Shown here piece after piece: positions 23,462 to 35,148 of a stretch of 64,000 nucleotides of DNA. Source of the stretch: Yuukianura sp. NJ FZ-2021 (lineage: Eukaryota); assembly GCA_046563655.1 (NCBI GenBank), contig CM102289.1, positions 2,666,001 through 2,730,000 on the forward strand, given 5' to 3'. Below the pieces are notes generated by a model. It saw only the letters and a list, made by a program, of their open reading frames with translations, did not search any database and was not told where the DNA came from. How positions within the stretch are numbered: position 1 is the stretch's first letter; each line of letters opens with the position of its first letter. Made by a program: the position numbers and the translations under genes.

Positions 23462-26400
23462 TTAACGTGGAGTGCTAGGGTAGGACAACAGCGTAAGCAT
23501 AGAATTAGTTCGCGGCTGCAGTAACGTTGATTCTCCATTTCTATTGGCCAAGAACTCTTCTTCCGAATATATTTTGTTGTAGATGAGATCCTCCTCCATT
23601 GTCAACGTTCCCGTTTCTTGCATCATTTCAAAAATCTACACAATGACAAAAACAGTCACTCTTGCAACATGCCAAATTCAAATTTTGAACATCGTTAACA
23701 CCTTTCCCTCGATTCCCAACTGCCGAATAGTTCGCTCCCGCTTTTTCATCATTTCCTTCCGGTCATCTTCTTCATGAGCCTCGACAGGCTGCGGTAAAGA
23801 TGATGACGAGGTGTAGCTGCGTTTCAGAGTCGGCGCAGAAGTTGGTACAGACTTTTTAACAGTTTGCTAAAAAATCAAAAACCAACATGGAATGTTTTTC
23901 AGTCAGGTTTTCTTATTCGTTTTTGGGGTGGTTTGATGCCATATCTCCGAATGAATTGCGACGAAACCAATTGCACCAAAAATAAAGTGCTCCGAAAATA
24001 GTCCTTCATGCTAATCTAACTTAATGCAAGTATTTATAACTCTTAAGCAACTTGTCTTTCGGAGCAGTTGGTTTCGCAGCAATTCGTTTCGGAGAATTCC
24101 ATTCGGAGAAGTGGATTGCTACCTTTGGGATTACTTTGGGCTTGGAAATGACCAGTTCCTTTTTCTTCTTCCGTTTGACTTTCTTCTTGGATCCTTCTGC
24201 TTCTACTACTTTTCTTTCGAGTACTTTCAAGTCCAGTTTGGATTCACAATCAGTTTTACTGGCCGTAGTTAGATGTGAAGGATCCCCTTTCTCAAATACA
24301 GGATTAGTCGGCAGTTGATTGAAGGGTGAAACAAAGCTTGACTCGCTGCCACCACTTGTATTTGGCGATGGAGGTTCAGTACTTGGTTTGAAAGTGATGA
24401 CTGGAAGACGAGTCATAGGTCTTGAAGGTGTAGAAGGCAACATACCAGTGTTTGTGCTGCAGGAGCTCTTTGTTGCTCTGGCTGATTGAAATACTTTCCG
24501 AAGTTGAGGTGTTTGGGGCTGAGGCAGACTAACGACACTGGAAGCGACGCCGTTTTTGTCGCCGTTCTGCGTCTGTTCGTTAGTGTCGTTTGTCGTTCCT
24601 GCCGTGAAAGGAGCAAAGGACGTCCCACGACGGGAAATGGGAATGGCCATTTCGTTAATCGGAGAAATATTGAGTATGGGATTCAAAAACTCGGCATACT
24701 TGAAGCAATTGTCGGTGGGATAAATGAGACGGAAGTTGCCTTGGTTCAGTGTTTCGTGGTAGTACTGCTTCTGGAAGCTTTTTGGAACACTGTGTCCAGC
24801 CTTGTCCATTCTAAAAATGATCAAAATCATAGAATAATCGTTGCAATTAAGAAATTTACTGAAAAGCTAAACTTTCTTGTTACATTTCAACTTGTGATGG
24901 ACTTAGATTTAGCACTCCTTTTTGCGATGGAGTTGAAGGAGCAGCATTTTTATCCTTCAAGGTTCCAAGAAATATTTTGTTGAACGTATCCCGCAGAAGC
25001 GCCTCCTTCACTTCAGCGTCAACAGTCAAATCCAAGTTGAAGCTTGGAGACAGGTTGACCTTTGTAAAAATAACAAAAACCATAGATCACTTACCGATAT
25101 TGAAGTCGGATTATGTAAAATGCTTACTTCAAGCAGCCATGGTTTCAGAGTATCGTCAATCAGAATGTCAAATCCAAGTAGTTCGAAACAACTAGATCCG
25201 CCTGGATTCTCTTGCGGAAATGACGAGTTGTACATTTGCTTCAGAGTAGGCTGAGCAGCCATTACTGTTTTGATGATTATGTCGTCAATGTCTTCAACCA
25301 ACTTCTCCACGTTGAATCCCTTCTCCAAAAGATATCCGTATACAGTGGACAACTTTCTAAATTGAAACGAAAATAGTTAGTTAATTTAAGAATTTCGTTC
25401 AACTCCAGTTAAAATAATCCGCCTGTACTCACCGTTTGCTCCCCTCTGGATCAGGAACGTACGACTGACTGTACTTGTTCAACGAATAGTTTGTCAAGTG
25501 CATAAACACTACGTCAACATTGTGGTCATTTGGCTGAGCGTACTTTACAGTTGCAAACCTGTAAAAAAAGTGAATTCATATTAACATTGGTTGTGATTTA
25601 CTTCTGGTAATTGCTAAAAGAAAAACTAACCTTGCAATTCCTTCGTTGTAGATGTACATTCTGAGTGGGTCACATGAAGTTATCAGAATGTAGATTCGCA
25701 AATCGAATTTGAATCCATCAATTAGAAGAGGCTGAAAGCAGCAAACAAGTTTTAAATGACTTCGTTTTACAACGTAATTGTCAAGATTGAAGTTCATTTA
25801 CATTTGGAATGTAGATTTGAGCTATGTGTTTTGCAAAGGGATTCATCTTTTTCAGATTCCGGACAAGGAAGATCCCTTTCCCCTGGCATCCGGAATCCGG
25901 TTTGCAAATTATAACTTGACTTTTGTTTGTTCTGACATGCGAAAGTAGATCTGGAATACTGGAAGAAAAAGAACGATAAGTTAACGTATATTTTACGTTG
26001 AACTTGTGTTTCGGAATGAACCTATGTTAAGTACATCTAAGAATTCGAAACTCACTCAGATGGAAGCGACCAGGTTTGAGGATAAAATTGATAGTCTTCC
26101 GGAAATACTTTCTGCATCCGGTTGAGGTTCTTGGCAAGTCGATCCTTGCGGCAGATTTCGTGCATTCCAGGAAAGTGGTTCGTTTTCTGAGCGTTTTTTG
26201 TAGGGCCATAAAACGAATGCTGGCTATTTTGTTGCTAAATAAAGAAAATGGACCAACATTATTTTCAATTTGAGTCCTATATCTTTCCTGAATTGGAATA
26301 ATTACTTGGAGTCGACGCATGTCAAAGGCTTTTTCCATAGAAATTGGAGAATCCGTCCATAGAATGTTCCAAAAATCAGATTCAGTGACCTGTAGTTGAA

Positions 26401-27035
26401 GTTACTGCTGTTGAATCTTAACTCGGCCGGCTTATAAAGTTCAAATTCATGATTCATTTGGCCTCACCTCACAAAATCGGAGTTCAAGAGCAATCCGGCG
26501 AACAACATCATACCGACACCCCTCCAGACATATCGTTTTGTTGACTTCATTTTCTTTCCTGTAAAATCCATTTTTTTAAAAAACGTATTGATTGCTCTGG
26601 TGTTTGGAACACTTGAAAAACAGACTTACTCGTCACATGATTTTCTGCTGGTAGCAGTGCTCGTACTAGAACAAGAAAGCTTCGAGATTGAACGACCCTT
26701 GACCGATAACTGAGTAGGAGGGCTCTTGATGTTATTGTTGTTGTCCAATTTGTACTTCGAAGGGATCTTGGGCAGTGCGAATTGAGTAAGGTCATGAGCG
26801 AACCGCTTCATGATATACTTGTTGCGAACGGATGGATTGAACGCAGAAATACTCGTGCTGGGGTAGCTCGAGCATGATGTGCTTACTGATCAACAAAATA
26901 ATCAATTAGCAATAAATTAATACATCAAATCGCCAAACCATTCATACCTGGCAAACTGTCAATGTCAACTATTGGGGTGTTTGGTAAAGTTAAACTATTC
27001 GGGCGGATTTGGACTGTTTGTTTTACCCTATTCAT
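23462..27035 (-). CDS. TTLL6: Tubulin polyglutamylase, TTLL6/TTLL13-like, about 13 exons
   Basis: Spliced motifs [98 protein letters not shown]. The start Met and last exons are inferred from in-frame splice sites. Confidence 0.85.
23941..24110. repeat. Foldback repeat inside a TTLL intron (23867-24122)
   Basis: TCTCCGAATGAATTGCGACGAAACCAATTGC is inverted relative to GCAGTTGGTTTCGCAGCAATTCGTTTCGGAGA. Same motif family as 20185-20320. Confidence 0.6.
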
Positions 27036-27310
27036 GCTAAATAGCCTATGAGGCTGTAGCCACTTCTAACTGTAGAAAAATGGAGAAAAAATCGTGTCTG
27101 TTTTTTGGACTTTGGTTTTTTATGTGTATTCATTTTCTTCTTTACTAAACAAATTAGTTAAAATCGTCGTGAACCTGCTTATAGTCTCCGTGACAACAAA
27201 ATTATCCGTTACCTTTTCGTATTTCGTTTTTCCAGAAATCGGTCGTTTTCGCCGATTTTGGACATCAGTAGTGTCCGATCAATTAAAAAATGTATTCGTA
27301 CTGATGACTA

Positions 27311-28176
27311 CCGTAAATGCTCTAATGCAAGCGCGTATTCTAATATAAGCGCATACTCTAATGCAAGCGCGGTTTCAGCGGGGGCAAATTGCGATATAAG
27401 CGCGGTAGCTATCTTGAGTTCAAAGTAGAGCAAAGTGACATCATCTGTTTAACTTTATGTTGCTAAATTGACTCATCAAAATGTTGCACTTAAATACAAG
27501 TATTAAAAATGGTGTAACTAAAAGACGATAGTTTGATCTGTTTTAAGTTAAAAGTTGGCTTCTACTAATACCACGGATGGTACCGCAGCTCACTTCGGAA
27601 TACACCAAAAACAAGTCTTCAGTTGGCTGAAGCAAAAGGATAAAATCGGTAAAAATTTAACTAATTTTAGCTTTCGACTCGAGAATTTTAAACCTGCAAA
27701 GTGTCTCCTTCAAATCTATTCGTGTGAAAGCTAGAGAAGTCTACTCTGCAGTGCTTCAAACAAACGAATTTCAGGCCAGCAGTGGTTGGCTACAAAAATT
27801 TATGAAGCGCCATGACCTCAGTTTGAGAAAGAAAACGTCGTTGGCTCAAAAAGATCCAAATTCCTTATTTGAGAAGCTTGTTGAGTTCGTCATGTACACT
27901 TCCAACCTCGCTGTTACGAATAAAATTTCCAACCCAAATATTATTGCCATGACTGGAATATTTTTTGACATGCCAAGTATTACTACAGTGGGCACAGTTG
28001 GAGGAGACTTGAAGAAAGCAACAGTGACACCAGCGACGAATGGGATCACTATTAATTGAATTTTGGCTCACTTAAAACTTATTAATTATTCCGGTAATAA
28101 ATAGTGTTCTAATAGAGGCGCGTCCGAAAGGTCGAAAATTCTTATAAGCGGCGCGCTTATATTAGAGCATTTACGG
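27311..28176 (+). mobile_element. Internally deleted pogo/Tigger (Tc1/mariner superfamily) transposon with transposase pseudogene
   Basis: TIRs CCGTAAATGCTCTAAT..AAGCGCG / CGCGCTTATATTAGAGCATTTACGG with TA on both sides. ORF 27724-28059 encodes a CENP-B-type HTH (FQASSGWLQKFMKRHDLSLRKKT) and the start of the DDE domain (IIAM--TGIFFDMP). Confidence 0.9.
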
Positions 28177-28182
28177 TATAAT

Positions 28183-28815
28183 GGTTGCACCTTCTATTCC
28201 GGTCCCACTTTGAAAATTTTTCTAAGTACAAAGTTGATGCTCCCAGACAACCCCAAAAATGACCCCTACAAAAGTTGTTGGAACTCCTTCTGCAAACTCG
28301 CGAAGCTCATTTAATTGAGATAAAAATCTCAATTAACTCAGTTTTTTACGCTGATTACGAATCTGTAATTAGTTTTGGCCGCTCATTACCCTAACTGAAC
28401 CTAACCTAACTTTAACTAAAATGTGCCCCCATGTATGAGATAGGGAGAAGTGAGATGCCCAGAGCTGTTACTCTGAGTGAAAGTGAAATTCCCTATCTCT
28501 CCCATACAACCTTCGCGAGTTTGCAGAAGATAAGCCAAGTTGTTATTAAGGTCAATGACGCGATCATTTTGACATATCTCACATGACCTTGTGACTATCG
28601 GTTGAGGTCATAGGTCAAAGGTTAGGTTTGGTTAATTTTTGAAAAACCTAACCTTTGACCTCAACGGAAGGTCGCAGGGTCATGTGTGATATATCAAAAT
28701 GATCGTGTCGTCATACTGATCAGTTTTTGTAGAGGTCATTTTTTGGGTTGTCTGGAAACATCTACTTTGTACTTAGAAAATTTTCCAAACTGGGACCGGA
28801 ATAGAAGGAGCAACC
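28183..28815. mobile_element. Non-autonomous element with long TIRs and a 9-bp TSD (Mutator/MULE-like)
   Basis: ~95-bp TIRs (GGTTGCACCTTCTATTCCGGTCCC... / ...GGGACCGGAATAGAAGGAGCAACC). Right flank is GACTATAAT; the left copy is reconstituted when the pogo element is removed. Two nested internal hairpins. Confidence 0.85.
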
Positions 28816-29374
28816 GACTATAATTTAGTTTAACTTACTTGCACAACGTTAACTGCGTCAAACGAAAAGAATGCATTGGAGACGTCAAAACCACGTCCAC
28901 GTCCCAGTACCAGTCCCTCGGACTCCCTTGCACTAAGGTCATTGCCGCTAAGATGGAACAAAAGGAACCAACTGCCAATCAAATGGATCGAAATGAACTC
29001 CTTACTTGAATAGTTACGTGGAGACACGCTACTAGATTTAAATCCTCAAATTACCTTAGTTAAGTTAATTACCTTAGTTAAGGTAATTAAATGAAGATTG
29101 ACGAGCAACAACCTGTTTACATTTGTAGTAGACCGAAAAGTCAAAAGTAACAATAAAATTACGAAAAACATTTCCAGCTGGCAATGTAAACAAACCCCAC
29201 TATTACACAGACGTAGCCGATTCTGCTGAATCCGGCAAAAATTACTTCAGCCGTACTGACTCGCAATGTAGGATATTTGAAATTATTACTCTATGTTAGT
29301 TATTTTGCAAGAATTATACAACAGTTATTTTTATGTCTCACTTTAGTATATTGCCTTATGTAGTTGGTTAGTGC

Positions 29375-29465
29375 TGTGAGACAGACAAACAGACAGATGA
29401 CAGACAGACGGACAAAGCCGGATGAAGAGTCCGCCTCAGCATGCCTTAGACATGCGTCTCTAGAA
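29375..29465 (-). mobile_element. Probable Helentron/DINE-1-like fragment
   Basis: (GACA)n microsatellite next to a short hairpin GCATGCCTTAGACATGC. The other end could not be delimited. Confidence 0.35.
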
Positions 29466-29728
29466 AAGAAATCACATTTTATTTGTAAATTATGTTATTT
29501 GTATGTTTAATGTTAAAATATAGTCAATTAAATAAAAATTTGAGATTCTTCAATTAGTTATTTGAAATTCAAGTTATAAAATAATATTCGCCAATTTAAA
29601 AGCGTAAATAATTATCAAACTATTCAGATTTATTACAGTTTGATAGAGTTTTAAAGTAGAGTGTCGATTTTGATTGGATGTTTATGATTTTTTTTTGTGT
29701 GTTTGTTGGAGTTCATGATGGAGTGACA

Positions 29729-30691
29729 TTAAACGCGAGCAGCCTCTTCCGCTGGCATTTGTTGAGCATTGACAACAAAAACTTTGAAGTCGGAAGGAAG
29801 TTCATCTTCCGAATACAGTTTTTCACAGAAGTAAACCTTTTAAACAAACAAAAAAATCCGAGGTCAACCAAGGTCAAACTATAAAATGTTACACTGAACC
29901 GCAAAAATACAAACCAAGCAATTCGTTCTTACACGGCGTAGACGACAATTGGCATGAATTTGAATTCGTGTTGTCTCAACGTAAGTGGTTCCGTAGGCTC
30001 GGCGAGTAAAATCGCACAAATTGATTTGAATCTGAAACCACAAAATGTTTAATCATCACAAGAAAAACTCTCAAATTTGTGTGAGAAACTAAAATTTTGT
30101 AGATTGATTGTGGAAAAATTGTGGATTGCCTGGTTCCAGCCTTCATCCAGGCGTAACGGCATTGTACAGTTGAAGGGGCGAACACGCGTAGTCGATTGGA
30201 AGTTACTTGAGCGGAATCGACGACGAATGTTTTGATCATCAAGGACCTTGGAGGAGAAACAACAGGAAGCAATTAGAACATCACAAGCTAAATTATTCCC
30301 AAGAATGTCAATTTTGAAAAAAATAATGTCAATTTGACACCGATTTAGTCTCACCTCAACTTCAAACGTAAAGTAGCGTTTCAAGTTCTTCACGACGAGA
30401 ACCAGGAAGGGAAGGCGCACGCCTAGACTCGTGTAAGGACAATTGGGAGCAGAGATGTATGTCGTACTGACATTGTTTCCCACAATCTCCAAAGTCACTG
30501 AACGAATGTCAGGGTCAGTGATTCTCTTGATATGGCCATTTTGAGTCTAAAAACCAGAAAAACACAGAATTAGTGACAATAAAGGTCAAAGGTCACGGAA
30601 AAAGTACCTTCTTGCACCAAATGCTCAGCGGTTTTCCACCAATGGCGTAGAAGACGGACAGAAATCCACTCTGATAGGCGTTTCGAAACAT
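29729..30691 (-). CDS. CFAP20: Cilia- and flagella-associated protein 20 (BUG22/DUF667), divergent; exons 30691-30608, 30546-30355, 30246-30130, 30031-29933, 29836-29729
   Basis: [22 protein letters not shown]..., [93 protein letters not shown]. Colinear with CFAP20 over its full length. Confidence 0.93.
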
Positions 30692-31368
30692 TTTTTGAAA
30701 TGGAACTTCGACTTTCGTCCAAGGATGTTCAGATTTTCCAGAAAAAGTTCGGAGCAAGAAAAATCGTGACCTTCTTCAGCAAATCCTGGGAACGAAATGA
30801 TCAAAAACCTAGAAAAAAGTTTGGCGGAAGCGACGCGAGTATTTTAGTTTTGAAAAACAATCAAAGTTACATTTCGTCTCCTTGGCAACATTGATGACTT
30901 GAAATCACAATTTCAAAATCAAATCGGTGATGACTTTTTTTCAGTGGAACTTCAAACAAAAAAGTGGTAAACTACATATAACTATAACTATAATAAAAGT
31001 ATAAAACTAGAATAAACTGTGTTGCTCGTTGAATAGAAACGTTTTGGACAAATATTTTCACAATTATTTCGAAATTTCTAATTCAAAAACAGATCTTTCA
31101 GACCAGGTTTAAAAATCATTAAAACTAAATTTAGCCTACAATGAGCTCTTAGAAAGTAACTATAAATTCGCCATCTTCGCATATTTATTTCAAGGAAAGG
31201 AAAGTTTCGACTGATACATTTAATTCAGAAAATATTACAAATTATTGGTGGTTAAAGTTGTTCTTTCTTTTGAAAAATTAACAAGTAATTTTGCAAAAAT
31301 TATTATTTTTGGAAATGTAATTTAGGAATAATTTGAGTCTTGAATTCAAAATTTTTCATTTTCAACGG

Positions 31369-31959
31369 TCAGTGTGCCCAAACGAGTAATAGAAAACCAA
31401 CTTGAGCCGTGATTTGACAATCAGTACATAGTGCAAAAGTGCTTGCGGAATTGTTGAACCCAAACGGCACGGGAGTAGTCGTTGTCGTTGTCGTTTTGAA
31501 GAAGGCTGTTGGTCGTAATTGTTGAAGATGCATTTCAGCATAGCCCCTTCGCCTTTTCTTGTCCGTTCTCTTCTCGCAACTGAATGTTTCATCGCCGTAG
31601 ATTGATTTTCTCAGACAACACCTCTCGAATAGTTTTACGAATACTACATGGAGATAGGGATAAACGCCCAATGGCAGGTCAACCAAATAATCGTTTCCGG
31701 TGGCGATTGTTGCAAAGTATTCTTTTTGTCGCTCAAAAAGAAGCTCTCGTATTTCCAAAGTTTGGTTTGGTTTACATCCAAATACGATCCATGCCGACTC
31801 CACTTTTGCGTAGAATTCATCGCTATTCAGGATTCTGTCAATGACGCACTCATTATCGCTGCACGACTTGACCAAGTCTGCTGTATAACATGCTCCAAAC
31901 ACCAGAAATGCTGAAAACACAGTGAGGAGTGCCATGTAACTTCGTAATAGTAACCCCAT
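31369..31959 (-). CDS. Unknown secreted or membrane-anchored protein, 196 aa, single exon
   Basis: ATG-initiated ORF with a hydrophobic signal peptide, several Cys, a basic cluster, a poly-Thr tract and a hydrophobic C-terminus. No family recognised. Confidence 0.6.
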   Translation of the reverse strand: MGLLLRSYMALLTVFSAFLVFGACYTADLVKSCSDNECVIDRILNSDEFYAKVESAWIVFGCKPNQTLEIRELLFERQKEYFATIATGNDYLVDLPLGVYPYLHVVFVKLFERCCLRKSIYGDETFSCEKRTDKKRRRGYAEMHLQQLRPTAFFKTTTTTTTPVPFGFNNSASTFALCTDCQITAQVGFLLLVWAH

Positions 31960-32441
31960 TTCGCTTTCGCTTTTCTTTGGAGGAAGCTAGAACGCCAGTG
32001 TGACTTTAAAACTGAAACTTTAGGTTTTTTCAAATGCTGGCTAATTCCAATGACAGTCTCAGGGTAAGTAGGTCGTCCACCAACCCTGGACAGCCGCAGC
32101 CCAATAAATTTGAAATTTCAAATTGTAAAATTAGTTTTGCTTTTAGTATGTAACAAACATTGGTTGAATGTGGTTCTCATAACAGTTTTACTTTGTTTCT
32201 TGGGGACTTTTTCATTTTTAAATTGAAACAACTTCGACATTGGGCCAGATCCCGGTTCAAAAATTTTGGTTTTTAAAAGTCGTCAATTTTATTTATAAAG
32301 GTTTACAAAAAAAAATATCCCAACACCGAAATATTTACTAAGCATCTAAGTTCCCAAAGTATCAGACTAAAAGTTATACTTTCAAAAATAACTAAAACTT
32401 CATCCAAAATTTTTTTGAATTTGAATTTGGAGTTTTTGAAT

Positions 32442-33798
32442 TTAGCGCCCAAATCCAAATCCACCTCCGTTGTAACCAGCTCCACCGCCATGCCCAACGG
32501 AGCCACCACCACCATAACCAGCCTGGTAACCTTGGTCACCAAATCCACCTTGCTTCTTCCCAAATCCAGCACCATAGTTTCCTCCTAAAAATTAATGAAA
32601 AACCATAAAAATTAATTAAAATTGTAATTAAAATAATTAAAAGTTGAGGTCAAAGGTCATACCATAAGTGTTGTCATGGTGCACTCCCTTGGTGAATCCA
32701 TTTCCGAATGTGTTCCCTCCTTGTTGAGCGTATTTGGCATTGTTGTTGTGGTGAGCCTTCTGACCATGGACAGCATTGATTCCTTTGTTGGCAGCATTGT
32801 TGTGTCCAGCCAAGAAGTGTCCAGCATTATTTTGATGATTTTTGTTAAAAACGTTGGCATGGTGACCCTTGAAAAATCTGTCGCCCTTGACATCGTTACG
32901 GAATGCCCCTTCGTCTCCGAATTTGTCAAAAAAGTCGTCAACGTTGTTCTCATCATGGAACGTTTGTGTCTTCACAAACTCATCCTATTTGAACAAAAAA
33001 TTTAGAAAAATCCAAAATTTAAAAAAATTTAATTTTTTCAAAAAAATTTTTTGTATTCAATAGGTACCTTGTGAACTTGATTTCTGAAGCCCTTGGTGGC
33101 ATGACCCTTCTTGTGGTTTCCTTTGGCGCCAAATTTGTGTCCTTTGGCTGCTTTCACGGCGACGTCGTTATTTGCATAAATTGAGCCGTCATTTTTCGCG
33201 GCCTTTGCAAATCCACCAACATTTCCAAAGTTCCCTTTCTTCAAAGCGTTGTTGACATGCGCAGTTTGAGCTTTGTTGTGTCCATTGTTAGCGACAAAGC
33301 TTTGATCACCTTTGATTCCAGCGTTGGCTTTGTGAGCATTTGCGAAGGTGTTGCCGTAACCTTTGACATTATTGGCCGAACCGCCATACTGTGAGCTGAA
33401 GCTAAAAAAATAAAAAGAAATTTCAAAATTTTTCACAAAATTCGAGAAAGTCCAGAAAATGCAACTAGAGATTGGAAAAATGATACTTACTCTCCGCCAG
33501 TGCCAACTTGTTTAGCCCCACCAACATGACTTGACCCACCGTGGCCACCACCGTACCCACCGCTTCCTCCAAACCCACCTCCGTACCCACTACCACCGAA
33601 CCCACCACCACCGAATCCACCATGTCCATATCCGATTCCACCAGTCGCAGCAGTCTCCAAATCGGTTTTCACTGCAGCAGAACCTTCACTGGCGTCTTTC
33701 GTCAAGTCCAGGTCACTAGCTCTCGCTAGGTCAGCGGAAAATAATGTCAGGGTAAAGCAAAGTAAAGAAAAAAGCGGGAAAGTTTTGAACTGTCCCAT
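32442..33798 (-). CDS. Secreted Gly/His/Lys-rich protein (DUF4779-like, probable cuticular), 4 exons
   Basis: Signal peptide, DLETAAT motif, GGFGG/GGYGG repeats, and KGNHKKGHATKGFRNQVHK|DEFVKTQTFHDE, which resembles the arthropod DUF4779 core. Exons splice in frame to TAA at 32442-32444. Confidence 0.75.
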
Positions 33799-34636
33799 GA
33801 TTCAAAATTTTTAGGAACTTGTCAAATGTCCAGTCAATTCAACAATGGATAACGAAATGTCGGAAGTAAGACTATTTATACCAAATTGCCATAATTTTTA
33901 ATCTCCAATACTACCCACAAAAAATTGCTAAAAGAATTTGGATTTTGGGAATTCTTCGTTTAACCCAAGTTTAAGGTTTGCCTTTAGCAAGTTCAAGTGA
34001 TTTTTGGTTTTGGACAAGAAGGTTGCGGTTTGCCAGTTGAAATCGATGGTGCATGGGATGTGAGAATCAACTTTGAAGGGACAATGACAATACTATGATA
34101 GTTTAATAGTGCAAACCACTTTGTTGCTTTGGAATTCATCAAAACAATTACAAAAGTGGCAGAATTTGTGTAATTTGGATATTTCAAATCATTTGGTAAC
34201 CGGTACAAAGGGAGGTTCCAAGGAGAAGGAAGTGTGGAATTTGTAGTATACTTTGGGAATTCTCCTTAAACACTTAAATCAATTCTTTAGGTATTTTGGT
34301 TGTTAACGACTTACATAAACAATAGTGACAGTAGACGAGAAGGTGTCGACGATTATAAAGTGGTCACGCTTCAGGTCACTTCACTTAAAGAAAAGTTTGA
34401 CGGAAAAATTGTTTTTCAGGATTTTATTGACTCTTGCAAATGGGCAATAAATGAGACAATTACTACCATAATTAATGAACGCCAAGAAGTTTTTTGTGAA
34501 AATAAATGAGAAAAATAAAACTTTTGATTTTAGTTTATTAGGATTTTTTTTTGAAGGAGAGAATTTCGTTTTTCGAAAAAAATAAAATAAATCGTGCCAG
34601 TAAAGGTGAATGACGCTAGTGCCCGCTAGACGCGTG

Positions 34637-34749
34637 CAGTGTTGGTGGATATCCACATTTTCGACATTCCATCCACCCCATTTCTTCCACTGGATACCCA
34701 GTGGAAGTGGGAATTAAGCCACTGTGCGTTTAAACATCCACCAACACTG
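34637..34749. mobile_element. Short hAT-like MITE (113 bp)
   Basis: Perfect 14-bp TIR CAGTGTTGGTGGAT / ATCCACCAACACTG and an internal hairpin CTTCCACTGG...CCAGTGGAAG. The TSD is degenerate. Confidence 0.6.
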
Positions 34750-35148
34750 ATGCTGTGACGGTGGATTCCTCGGATTGTTCAGCTAGGAATCCTCAGCTTT
34801 TTTAAAAAATCGGTCGGTGAAACTCTAATAACAATTTCAAATTATATTTTTATATTGCAAATTGCAATGCTTAGGTTTGGTAAGATTTTTGCTAAACATA
34901 AACTGCGGATTGGCAGTGTACATCCCTCATACAACTCTGAGGAATCTGATGAGTCCGAGATACGACATTTAGTCAGACCCTTGCTCTTGTTTATCATTTG
35001 ATATTTTTTGAGGAATGGAATACTAAAGTACTTAAAATAAACAACTTAATCCATTTAATGATTTAAATTGAGGTTGGTTAATCAAAGTTCGAAGTCATTG
35101 CTCAATAGGATAATAAGTGCCGGAAGACAGTGTGAAAATTGTCTCGCC

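Noticed and set aside
24021..24122. ORF-track C-terminus of TTLL ([13 protein letters not shown]...YLH*)
   Set aside because: It reads through a GT donor at 24122 into a repeat-containing intron. In-frame downstream exons exist at 23866 and 23635.
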